NCBI GenBank assembly: GCA_002104905.1
Contig: MCFE01000720.1
Span: 1-42,253 of the forward strand
Length of the DNA: 42,253 nucleotides
Direction of reading: 5' to 3'
From: Basidiobolus meristosporus CBS 931.73
Taxonomy: Eukaryota; Fungi; Basidiobolomycota
How positions within the stretch are numbered: the stretch's first letter is position 1; every line of letters begins with the position of its first letter. Below, in pieces: positions 1-10,188 of the stretch. The notes below the pieces were generated by a model, which made no database searches, was not told the origin of the DNA, and worked only from the letters and a program-made list of their open reading frames with translations. The position numbers and the translations under genes are program-made.

Positions 1-167
1 AAGAAGTCAAATATACATGCATGTGGTGTGACTCTGCCAACCATTCCAAAAGAAATTGCCAAGAGCTTCAGTAATTACTATCCACAGGTGATGTCCTATA
101 TAGTCCTCAGGGATGCATAGTCAGTAAGCATGGTGACAAATTATCCACAGCATTTGGACAAGGAGGA

Positions 168-640
168 ATGAGAGTTCACTACAAGCAAGTCACCTCTCAT
201 ACAAGAAAGGTGCACCTTCATGAAGAAGATACTGACTGCTTTGATCCAGCTGAAGTTCTGAACTTTGACTATGAGGACCCCCAAGAGGCCCAAGATCATA
301 TAGCTTCAATTCATGCTTCAAAGAGACACCATCCTGAAAAAATGGCCAATCCAGGCTCAGCAACAAAAGTACCAAGATGTGAGCCAGAAGGTGTGATTGA
401 GAAGAAAACATCACCCCCATTAATTTTACAAGAGTCTGCTAAGGCCAACAACTACCACATGCAGCCTAGAGTCAAGCAAAATGGTACCCCAGAGGCTCTG
501 GCAAGTCATATACTAGGAAGCAACATATCAATCAAGGTTAAAATGCTACTCAGTGTATCACCATCAGTAAGAAAGACTCTAGATGAGCACATCAGAATAA
601 GAAAGCATCCAATTGAAGCAACCCAAGGCAACCAGGTCAG
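168..640 (+). mobile_element. Possible Ty3/Gypsy gag-region relic
   Basis: ORF 168..713 contains ASHILGSNISIKVKMLLSVSPSVRKTLDEHIRIRK, reminiscent of fungal Ty3/Gypsy gag-protease linker regions. It lies in CpG-free DNA fused to Copia relics. Weak, recalled similarity only. Confidence 0.3.
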
Positions 641-654
641 GACAGTTCAAGGAT

Positions 655-888
655 GCCAAGATATCAGTAAGCTGCATCAAATCCAACTTTTTGTGCTAGA
701 ACTAGGCACATAGATATTAAGCATTGTTTCACACATGAAGCTATAGAGAATAACTTAGATAGCTTGGTTTGCTGTCCTTCAGATGAAATGATTGCCAACA
801 TATTTACTAAACCATTAGCATGAGACAAGCTTGAATATCCAAGGTCAAAATTAGGACTGATCAATATGAACATTTAGCTGAGTGGGAG
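655..888 (+). mobile_element. Ty1/Copia RNase H C-terminus relic and polypurine tract
   Basis: Hand translation gives ASNPTFCARTRHIDIKHCF...CCPSDEMIANIFTKPLA*DKLEYPRSKLGL, matching the Copia RNase H consensus NP.FH.RTKHIDI.YHF...EM.ADIFTKPL...LGL. It is followed by GAGTGGGAG (PPT) directly abutting TGTTG at 889. Confidence 0.8.
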
Positions 889-1591
889 TGTTGTAAAAAT
901 TTGTAATTCCACCTAAGTGTTCACATGGCTTAATCACTCTGATCATTACCTACAAATCCTAGAGAATACTCATCAAATTCCTTGTTTGGATTTACTTGTA
1001 ATATTTTTACCAAAATATTATGTGCCCAAAACATGAAAATTAGATAAGTTGTCCAAACTGCCCCAAAGTTTGCACACATGTTCTTGGTGTTGTAAAAATT
1101 TGCAATTTCACCTAAATATTCACCTAATTTAGTCACTTAGATCATTACCTTTAAGTTCTAGAGAATACTGACCAAATTCTTTGTCAGGACTTACTTAGAA
1201 TATTTTCACCAAGATACCAGGTACCCAGAACATGAAAATTCTCAAAGTTACTCAAACAGCCCCAAACTTTGCATACATGTTCTTGGGACCTTCCTTTACT
1301 TATTCTACATGTTTGTAATGCCAAGACCAGGTAGAAGTATAAATACTACTTTTACATCCAATAAATCATCAAGTGAAAACCACGTAATCTACTTGTTCTC
1401 CCAATCAATTCTATTATCTCCCAGACTCTTACAACACTTGGGACCTTCCTAAGCCTATTCTATTTGTTTGCTATGCCAAGGCCATGTAAAAGTATAAATA
1501 CTACCTTTACATTCAGCAAATCATCACATGAAAACCACAAAATCTACTTGTCCTCCCAGTCACTTCCAATATCTCCAAGACTCCTACATTA
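889..1591 (+). mobile_element. Copia 3' LTR, interrupted by a nested solo LTR of the same family
   Basis: Starts TGTTGTAA right after the PPT. The LTR sequence breaks at 1087 and resumes at 1442. The 3' end is degenerate (ctcctacatta). Confidence 0.8.
1088..1436 (+). mobile_element. Solo LTR (349 bp) with 5-bp TSD CTTGG
   Basis: TGTTGTAA...TTACAACA termini; CTTGG at 1083-1087 and 1437-1441. Confidence 0.9.
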
Positions 1592-1959
1592 TTTGTACAC
1601 ATCAAAAGTAAGATCATCAGTTGAGTCAGGAAGTAAGGAGTGTAAGAAAGAGGCAATAGCCAATCAATGTACACAAATGTAGGAGGTGATCAGGTGCTTG
1701 GGATCAGAAAGTGAGAGAATTAGCAGGGGACAAATGAAAAGCCACTCATGAATCAATGTGATGAAAAATTGTGACCAAATTTTTTGAGAAATCTGGGGTG
1801 CAATTCTTTTTAACAGTCTTTTCATGATGTCCTGATGGGATCAATATCACTTAGTTGTGGGATTAAAAATTTGTGATGTCCTTTTTATGGGATCATCACA
1901 GTTGTTTTTCATACAGTCATGAATACAATAATAATCAGCTGATCTCACAAATGTGTTCT

Positions 1960-2519
1960 GCTGGTCATTTCTTGAGTTTTTTTCTTGTGGAATAAAAGAC
2001 CTTGCAACTGGTCTGTCTGGCCATTCAGGAGGGTAACTCTCACATATCCATCAGAGCTTGCACTCTTAGTGATTCCATCTCATCATGTGACAGTAATATT
2101 TTGTTGATTTGATTTCTAGTTTCTACCCCTGGGAGCACCTTTTTAATAAAGAGTTTTCATCTAAGGTACACTTTCTTTGCAGCTGAGCATGACTAGTCAA
2201 TACATTCTGATTTCTTCCAGGCATTCCTTGCCATTTTAGCTCTTGGCATCAAGTTAGTAATATGTCTATAACATTAACACATATGCAGTTAATGGCTCTT
2301 TGTTCTTTCTTCTGGTGCTTTAAGGCTTCTTCTCTTACACTTTTAGGTGATCATTCTTCTTCCATGGCAATATCCTAAAGGCCTCTTTCCTGTATCATCA
2401 TCTTCATCTTCACCTTCCATATTGGGTAGTTTGATCCATACTACTTTTCAGCCAAGGGAAAAGTTCCAGCAATACCATTGATGGACATTCCCCGGAGTGA
2501 CAACTTGGGGCTTGTAGCC
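1960..2519 (-). mobile_element. Ty1/Copia gag N-terminus relic with PBS-like motif
   Basis: Minus-strand translation GSNYPIWKVKMKMMIQERGL*DIA...KEQRA matches the Copia gag NY..WK..M...L...GLW motif (W mutated to TAG). GGCTACAAGCCC immediately after the LTR end resembles the GGTTATGAGCCC PBS of Copia elements. Left limit approximate. Confidence 0.75.
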
Positions 2520-2660
2520 TGTTGTAAGAGTTTAGAGATATACAAGGTGGGTGGGAGCTCATATAGTTTATGTAGGCTTACTTAACAATTTATTTATTGT
2601 AAAAGTGGTATTTATACTTTAACAAGGTCCTGGTAAAACAAGCATGTGGTGTATACAATA
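2520..2660 (-). mobile_element. Degenerate 5' LTR remnant of the same Copia family
   Basis: Plus strand TGTTGTAAGAGTTTAGAGATA is the reverse complement of the LTR 3' end; similarity fades after ~140 bp. Confidence 0.6.
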
Positions 2661-2931
2661 ACTTTGAGAAACTTCATACTTTTACAATGTCTTGGATCTC
2701 TACCTAACCCTAAGAAAAACTAAGAAAAGGCCAGCAAAACACCATCATAATATCAGCTGAATTCCAAGTTTGTCAAAACTGACAACTCTCAGCATCTCTG
2801 TTATTAGCTGATGGGCAGGCAAGTAAACAAATCCTCCAGGGGGAGACTAGGCCAAATAGCATCCATACCAAATTTGGTAATTGGCTGCCCATTACTTCTA
2901 TCCAAAATTGCATTTGAAATTTTGAACCCAA

Positions 2932-3140
2932 AATACCAGCTGAATACCAGTAAAATACCATTAGAATACCAGCTGAATACCAGTAAAATACCATTAGAAT
3001 ACCAGCTGAATGCCAGCAAAATACCATTAGAATACCAGCTGAATGCCAGCAAAATACCATTAGAATACCAGCTGAATACCAGCAAAATACCATTAGAATA
3101 CCAGCTGAGTACCAGCAAAATACCACTAGAATACCAGCTG
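2932..3140. repeat. Minisatellite: 19 x 11-bp monomers (AATACCA-N4) in a 33-bp higher-order unit
   Basis: Unit AATACCAGCTG-AATACCAGTAA-AATACCATTAG repeated ~6.3 times. It explains the periodic ORFs at 2773-3364. Confidence 0.95.
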
Positions 3141-4238
3141 AAAATCAGATGAATTCCAAGTTTGAGATTCTTCATAGGGTAAATATATACGTCCATTGAG
3201 CCATGTATATCAAGCGGTATTATTGTTCTAAACATGATCCTGGGGAGTAGTGCGCAAAGTGCAGGGGCTTTTAGGCAAGTGAATAACCTGGATTCAAGCA
3301 GTATCTCCAGGTTATTTGAGATTGAGGAAATGCTAGACAGCACCAATCGCTCAGATATATCCACAAGTTCCCAAGACTCACCAGCAACCTCTGGGACTTT
3401 CCTCCAATCATTTAGATATCATACCTAGCGTGAAGCCAGTCAAATGTGGAAATACTTAGGCTTAAGATCCCCCTATCATCCAAATACTCCAGGTTACTTT
3501 TAGTCCTACCACCACTCCAGCAAGAACAAGGTGAGTTTTTTCAAGAGAAGGTCATAGTGTATCAACTATCAGCCCGGTTCTAATTGTCCCAGTGAATGTT
3601 TCAAGCTGGGATCTCTGCATACCTGGCTAACAGCTGCACTGGACTAGAAATGCAGTGTGAGGCGGATCAATTGATATCACAGACCCCTAGAGGGCGCTTC
3701 CCGTAAAACCAGAGATGTAAACAACCTCGCATGATGGTGGGGGAGGTATGCAAAGCCACCACGGTCTTATTTAACCTGGCATTCTTTGAGAGCTGATCAC
3801 GCAGCCAATACACCAGACCCACCTGGCGACTCTGGACGAGTCTCCGAAGGCGAGTCACACGCATATATCACATCACCGCAACTGACGTCTCCGTTCAAGG
3901 AAGCGGTGTATTCCCACTGCGCAGACACCGATCAGTCGTGGAATTAGTTAACTCTTACCTCTACACCAGCTCGGGATCGAAAACCCCGCCCATTGGCTCG
4001 TTTGGCGATCGTCATTTGGGGGGAGGGAGGGGGCCAGAAGGTGGGCCACGAGAATCCGGAAGATTCCAAGAGTAGCGGCCTAGGTTTCAATCATCCTCTG
4101 CGACAACTTGATGGTTTCCGGGATCGTGGGACGGATTGGGGAGGGGGATCCCCAGGGTTGGCGCTGGACATAGGGAGGTTTGACATTACGCGGCCCGGGG
4201 TCTTTTCATAAACCTCGGAGGGTGCGGGTGGCTTGAGC

Positions 4239-5417
4239 ATGCAGCAGTACGTGTCGGTTCGTGGGACAGAATTCCGCCTGGGAAGCCAGGCCTTCAGGGT
4301 GATAGGGATGAACTTTTGGTCGGCCATGAACCTAGGGTGCACCCAAGAGAAACACGGGGATGTCGCCCGGTTGGGACGGGAGTTGGACCGACTCTCCGCG
4401 TTGGGCGTGAACACGCTGAGAATCCTCGGGGGTTCGGAAGGGCCCACCTCGGAGCCGTATAGAATCCAGGTTCCACTGATGCCAGAGATGGGCCAGTACG
4501 ACCCTGAAGTCTGGTTAGGTTTGGATAGGCTCCTGGTGGAGATGGGGAAGAGAAACATGAAAGCCATCGTGGTGCTCTCGAACTTCTGGTTTTGGTCTGG
4601 TGGCTTTGGGCAGTTCTTGCAATGGGCTACGGGACAGTCCATACCGTACGATTGGGATACCTTCGAGGATTGGTGTGTGGATTTCTACCGGCAACCGCTG
4701 GCTCAGGAGTACTATTTGAAACATGTCGAAGCGGTCATCACCAGGGTTAACCAAGTGAGTGGGGTGAAGTATTCGGAAGAACCGACTGTCATGGCTTGGG
4801 AGCTGGCAAACGAGCCTAGACAGGCGAAGTCTGGTTGGGTGAGAGAGGTTGGGGGACTTATTCGACGGCTGGCGCCCAGCCAACTGATAGCGCTTGGCCA
4901 GGAGGCCATCGCGGGAAAGGAGGATTTCCTGGAAGTTCATGGGGTGGAGGAGATCGACTTCAGCACCTTACACATTTGGGTCCAGAACTGGGGGATCTAT
5001 GACCCTACCAACGGCACAGAACAACATCTCCGAGAGACGGTCGACTGGGCTTTGAGCAGGTACCGAGACGTGGCCTCTTGGGCGGAGGAACTAAAGAAGC
5101 CACTGGTCTTGGAAGAGTATGGGATGGCCAGAGACGGTTGGCTTCCCAACCAAGGTATATATGACCCCGACACCCCTACGTCCAATCGAGACCGATACTA
5201 CCAGGCCTTGATGGATGAGACGGTCGACTTGATGAAGAAGAAGAAATCCATGGGCCAGATGCTTTGGTCTTGGGCTGGCGAGGGGCGGCCCAATGACGAC
5301 GAGCCAAGATGGTTGGGAGACCCACCACATGAGCCTCCAGGATGGTATAGTATCTTCGACTCAGATGAAACAACCCTCAAGCTTATTCAAGAGCACGTCA
5401 GGAAGGCCCTTTCCTAG
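4239..5417 (+). CDS. GH5 (subfamily 7-like) beta-mannanase/mannosidase, intronless, no signal peptide
   Basis: Motifs WELANEPR (acid/base Glu), KPLVLEEYG (nucleophile Glu), NTLRILGGSEGP, NFWFWSGG, TLHIW. ATG at 4239; in-frame TAA upstream at 4209. Confidence 0.92.
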   Translation: MQQYVSVRGTEFRLGSQAFRVIGMNFWSAMNLGCTQEKHGDVARLGRELDRLSALGVNTLRILGGSEGPTSEPYRIQVPLMPEMGQYDPEVWLGLDRLLVEMGKRNMKAIVVLSNFWFWSGGFGQFLQWATGQSIPYDWDTFEDWCVDFYRQPLAQEYYLKHVEAVITRVNQVSGVKYSEEPTVMAWELANEPRQAKSGWVREVGGLIRRLAPSQLIALGQEAIAGKEDFLEVHGVEEIDFSTLHIWVQNWGIYDPTNGTEQHLRETVDWALSRYRDVASWAEELKKPLVLEEYGMARDGWLPNQGIYDPDTPTSNRDRYYQALMDETVDLMKKKKSMGQMLWSWAGEGRPNDDEPRWLGDPPHEPPGWYSIFDSDETTLKLIQEHVRKALS

Positions 5418-5512
5418 ATCATGCGGCCAGTTTATGTGCATTATCGATGACATAATTTCATGCCGGTACGCGTATAAATTGACCAAGCCAGCCGGGAGGC
5501 TGCCGAGTAAAG

Positions 5513-5770
5513 ATGAAGTCATTCGCAACCCTCATAGCGCTCTGTCAACTGATCGTTTTCTCTCACCAGCAGTGCATCCATCCGAACGGGGCGTGTGGAA
5601 GTGATGGTGCCGGAGCCTTTTTCTCCTCCATGAACTCGGAGCTGGGGGGATCAACGCCGACTGGCTCCCCGAGAGCGACCCTCCCGCCCACCAACCTCGG
5701 CGTACACAAGCAACCCCTCGGACCATGGCATCTGGTGGTATGTTTAGTGGGTGGACGCGTGGTAATCTAG
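5513..5770 (+). CDS. Small putative secreted protein (85 aa)
   Basis: MKSFATLIALCQLIVFSHQQ is signal-peptide-like, followed by CIHPNGACG; AATAAA at ~5793. No family recognised. Confidence 0.4.
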   Translation: MKSFATLIALCQLIVFSHQQCIHPNGACGSDGAGAFFSSMNSELGGSTPTGSPRATLPPTNLGVHKQPLGPWHLVVCLVGGRVVI

Positions 5771-5880
5771 TCCATGTATACTTTTATTTCGAATAAACAA
5801 CGGGGCACCCTCAATAACCCTCTAAAAGCAAGTAATCTACATCCTATTTACATCGGTGCTGGGCCACATGCCAAAATTGG

Positions 5881-6162
5881 TCACTCCTCATCGAGCGTCG
5901 CCACGGCCTCCGCTTCTGGACTCAGGGGACTGGGTAGAAGGGACCCATAACTCTCCGCGTAATTCTCGAATTCATTCTCTGCATACTCGTCACCCGGCCT
6001 GTAATCCATGATATTCCGGATCGCCTGTCGCCAGGAGGCGAGCCCTTGATTGCTGGCTGCATGATCGAACACCTCCTGACGGCTGTCCATCCGGACTGGT
6101 AGCCCACTGGCAGAGAACACGAGCACCCCGGCGATAATCCAAACGAGCGGGAGAAAATGCAT
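5881..6162 (-). CDS. Small putative secreted acidic protein (93 aa)
   Basis: ATG at 6162 gives MHFLPLVWIIAGVLVFSASG (hydrophobic signal peptide). TATAAA lies ~35 nt upstream on the minus strand. Confidence 0.6.
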   Translation of the reverse strand: MHFLPLVWIIAGVLVFSASGLPVRMDSRQEVFDHAASNQGLASWRQAIRNIMDYRPGDEYAENEFENYAESYGSLLPSPLSPEAEAVATLDEE

Positions 6163-7545
6163 GGTTTGATGTACGGGAGGTGGCCAACCAGATTTATACC
6201 CAGCATCAGCCGAGCGGCGGTTACTCAAGTAAACACCCGCTGTACCTGGAATAGGAATGCTGAGCTGTCGAATGTATCCTTTTCCTTGCGATGATGGCTT
6301 GAGGATGCTCAGAGGGGAGTGAGATTGGGATAGGGACGGGACGGGACGTGGATGGGGATGGGGGAGGATTTTTTTCGTCCCATAACAACAACTTGATTTG
6401 GCAACACCATGGAGTTGTATGGTTACTACGATCGGCGGAAGATTCGCCACTAGACATTGTAAGCAACCAGACCCTCTTGGCATGGTGCGCGGTCAGGGAG
6501 ATCCCAGAATGTGGAAGTGTGGACCACTGAGCAGAGGGCCTCAGTACAAATCGGGGGATACCCAACTACGGCCATTTAATCAGACCAAAGTAGACGGCTA
6601 GGCTGGTTGTAGAGGCGAATTTCCTCGGGGGCCCATGATTGGCCGAAGCGTGCATTTGCTAAATATTGTCACCAATTGGAATCCACACTTGGCCATTCCC
6701 TCAAACGCAGTTAGCCTACGGGCTATTTTTAGAGATCGATCAGCTTCCAATGCGAATTTGGCTGCATATCATGTCCCAACGCATTCCCATGCTTCTTAAT
6801 CAAGAGGGATTTTTAGGGCCAACGCTTGGAGTTTAGCTAACACCAGCAGTGTAACATGTGGTTGATGTCGCAGGCCAACTCGACGGTATTTATGATTGTA
6901 GCATTTAAGAGCGGACAGTCAAACCTAGGGGTCCAAGGGGCAGCAATGGGTGGGTAATCCCTTTCCCAGCGCGGAAATCTATGCGATGTAACATCAATGT
7001 GCATCCGTCCGCCTACCCTCTGAGGGTTCCCAGGTCCTCTGTGGTCTGGAGATTTCCTAAAATGGTTGGATGCCATTTTGTCGACCGAATGCTTCAAAGA
7101 GGGATCACTCCCCTTTTACATGAGCGAGCAGGATCCAAACTTGGTCGGATCTCGATGTTAGTGATCATTCATCTTCCGATTGATTTGGGTGCTTATGCGA
7201 GAAGAATGGACTTGTAGGAAGCTCAGGTAGTACTACGGGCCGAGCTGTCATTGGTTGTTCCTTTAATACAATGGTTGTAGGACTAGAGGCCATGGCAAGC
7301 CAATCAGAGGGGTGTCGACTGTTCCGGAATGATTGGGAAGTCAACTATAAATAGGTACATGTGGTCTGAACTATTCTATACGCCATCGTGACCAGTTCGC
7401 TCCGTGTTTTTTAGAAGTCTTTCTCGTGCGCTGCCTGCACCACCACCAAGCTGTCTCCATCACACTCTACACTGGATCCTTCCCCCAACCCTTCTCCTAA
7501 GAGGCCCCTCCAAAGCTACCACAGATTTAGGCCCCGTAACTGTAG

Positions 7546-8010
7546 ATGTCTAGTAGTTTAGTGCGTAAATGCTCGGTGAAAGCTGGCGAGCTGTGGATCC
7601 CCGAAATGTCGAATTACACCATGGAAAATCACGCGATCACCAACGAGACCGCACTGGCCAAGATGAGTCTTCGTCAGCCTAGATCCCCCCTCAGTGGGTC
7701 CATCAGTGTGGACTACCTGTGCAAATACATCGCCACCTCCTCCACCAAGGCCGATGCCGCTTCCATCAGTTCCAATATCAGCGAACCTCTTGACTGTCAC
7801 TCTTTCAGCCGGGAATTGGATGAGGAGAGCTCCAGTAGCCAGTCGTCCCTTCAGGAATCGCGGTTCCTTGGCCTCCCGGAACTCGAGGAGTCCGACCAAG
7901 ATGGCGGCTATGTGTCCTTTCCCCCCGTCGACGAAATCCCCGACGTGGCGAGTATCAACAGCGCGCGTACCCTGCTCGAGTCGATATCGAACTCGATCCG
8001 ACCCAGCTGA
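7546..8010 (+). CDS. Hypothetical Ser-rich protein with GYVSFP motif
   Basis: 154-aa ATG ORF with host-like codon usage; TATAAAT at ~7346; AATAAA at ~8160. Confidence 0.65.
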   Translation: MSSSLVRKCSVKAGELWIPEMSNYTMENHAITNETALAKMSLRQPRSPLSGSISVDYLCKYIATSSTKADAASISSNISEPLDCHSFSRELDEESSSSQSSLQESRFLGLPELEESDQDGGYVSFPPVDEIPDVASINSARTLLESISNSIRPS

Positions 8011-8344
8011 GCTCTATGTAATTTTAACCTATCCTAATACTCCTACATTAATCTAAACCCCCCGAAGGAGCGAGACACCTCCGCCTCCTCCCTCGGATAT
8101 TGTACAGAGATCATACTTTACTCCTAATGTAGATTCCATCATCATCCCGGCCATACAAGAATAAAGTGTTTCTGGGAGTTGTCAACCATCCTAGGTTTAT
8201 TCAAAATCCATGGTGGTTTTGGGTGTGGGTGTGGGTGTGGGTTAGGGTTTCCAATCAATCTAGGTTTATTCTAAAGCAATGGCGGCCCGGGGAGTTCACA
8301 TCTATAGTCTTTGTTTTTGCTCCGCGGTCTATTGGTGCGCGGGC

Positions 8345-8665
8345 TCACTTCAGCGAGATCTTCTGCAACCACTCCACCAGCTCGCCTTTGCTCTCCTTCG
8401 TAGACTCCACAGGGCGGAAGTGGCACTCCTCTTCGAAGTGAGGGAAGGAGACATAGGTGGAGGCCGGCCGCTGGCGGGACACCGGGATCGAGTCGTCCAC
8501 CGGAGTAAGTCGTAGCATTGTGGCCACCAGTGAATTGCGCTTTCCCAGCGATTTGTCATTCGCCACCGCGGTGACGGTGTCACATACCTGTAGCGAGCCA
8601 CGACGTACAGGCATCCAAAACCCCCCGTTGTTCAGATGCGGCTGATTAGGCAGGTTGGTTTTCAT
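8345..8665 (-). CDS. Hypothetical protein with TYVSFP motif (start 8665 or 8614)
   Basis: 106-aa ATG ORF; TATATA at ~8700; minus-strand AATAAA signals at ~8196 and ~8265. Confidence 0.55.
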   Translation of the reverse strand: MKTNLPNQPHLNNGGFWMPVRRGSLQVCDTVTAVANDKSLGKRNSLVATMLRLTPVDDSIPVSRQRPASTYVSFPHFEEECHFRPVESTKESKGELVEWLQKISLK

Positions 8666-8944
8666 TGTATGGTGATCACCCGCCGTTAGAGCGTTCCCTT
8701 ATATATCGCACGACCACCCACGATCAACCAACAATCCGTCCATTATCCTCGGATGCACGCATTGTTTGCTGGTGGCACTCATTAGTTCCACACACACCCA
8801 GACACATAGTATAATGTATACCGCAATGGATTGGAGAGATCATTTTATTTGGAATGAATTCCTGGACATGGCAGAACGGAAACAGGCCCCGACTGGATTC
8901 TGGGGGGAATTAGGGGGTGAACATGAAGTCGGACTTCTCGGAAT

Positions 8945-9865
8945 CTAGATGTCGGTGAAGACTTGGGGCTCCTTGAACTCCTTGGCGATCTTGGCACCGG
9001 AATCCTCGGAGGCATCTCCGTGGAGTTCCATCAACTTGCCAACATCGAACTTGGGGGCCTTGAGGATCTTGACCTTGTGGAGGTAGACGTTCTGGAGAGG
9101 GTAGATGCCTTGGCAAGCCTTCTCGATCTCACGGCCGATCACCTCGGGGATGAACTTCTGGACCAATGACTTGAGGTCACAGGTGGAAGCCTCACGGGTC
9201 ATAATCTCGAACATCTTCTTGCGAATCTGGCGGATTTGAGCGGATTGGGCGTAGGTGGTCTTCTTGAGTTGGTTGGGTCTTCTGCGGGTGAAGCCAATGG
9301 AGAAGAGACGAAGGAGGTATCCGTCGGTGGTCTTGACATCGACGTGAGCCTCGATGAGGGATTGCCACTTCTTGACAAGGGATCTCAATTTGTCGGAAGT
9401 GAAGGTCATACCGTGGAAGTTGGTGAGGCAGTTCTTGCCTTGGACCTCATCAACTCTAAGACGGATCTTACGGAAGGATTGGTCCTCATCCTTGTTCAAG
9501 TCGGCGAGGGAAACCTCGAGGACACGGCCCTTCAAGTAGTCGGTGGCGTTCTTCAAACCTTGGGTACGGTTAACAAGGGTCTTGCCAACATTACGGACCT
9601 CGAAGAGGGAAGGAGCCTTGATGTCATACCAGTCCTTACGGGTGAAGGGGTCGACACTTCAGATGCAGAGGAGGTTAGTCAGCAAACACGTTCAGAGCAA
9701 TGGATGCGTGATGGTTCGTGTATAGATGGAGATACGTACATCTTCTTCTTCAATCCCTTCTTTCCTTTACTAAGACGCCTGGTGATGGAACGAAGGTTAG
9801 TCAAGGCCGACACTACACTAACTATCAAGGTAAATCCCAACGCACTTGTTCTTTCCGACAGCCAT
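8945..9865 (-). CDS. RPS1: 40S ribosomal protein eS1 (S1/S3a), 3 exons: 9865-9846, 9778-9740, 9656-8945
   Basis: Spliced product [35 protein letters not shown]...; 256 aa; GT-AG introns, the second ending in AAG. Confidence 0.98.
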
Positions 9866-10188
9866 GTTGATTTAGTCTGCTCACACACGAATGAGTTCGA
9901 ATGCAAACGCAAAAGGAATGTACAATTTGCCCACCACAGTGATTATAACGGTTTTTTTGGCCCATTGATCCGACCCGCTCAATCGTCGAAGGGATTGGCT
10001 CACACCCCTACCCTTAGATCTCATCTGAGTGGGCCCTTTTTTCTCGGGGGTCCTCTTGAGTGACGCAATGATTTTCTACCTGCGTTCAAGGTGATCCCGT
10101 GATAGGTTACAACAAAAACAATTCCCTGCCCGATATCATAAACAAACCAGGCCATGGCGAGTGGTTTCGACTTGTTGACCCACGTATC
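9866..10188. promoter_or_regulatory. Bidirectional promoter between RPS1 and the RFC subunit
   Basis: The head-to-head start codons are 323 bp apart. Confidence 0.6.

Noticed and set aside
2773-3364. Periodic ORFs (EYQLNTSKIPL / FSWYSNGILLV repeats)
   Set aside because: By-products of a stop-free 33-bp minisatellite in CpG-free repeat DNA; open on both strands.
9657-9659. AAG 3' splice site in RPS1 intron 2
   Set aside because: Uncommon but a known acceptor variant; not novel.
9236-10063. 275-aa plus-strand ORF
   Set aside because: Antisense shadow of highly biased RPS1 codons; crosses introns.
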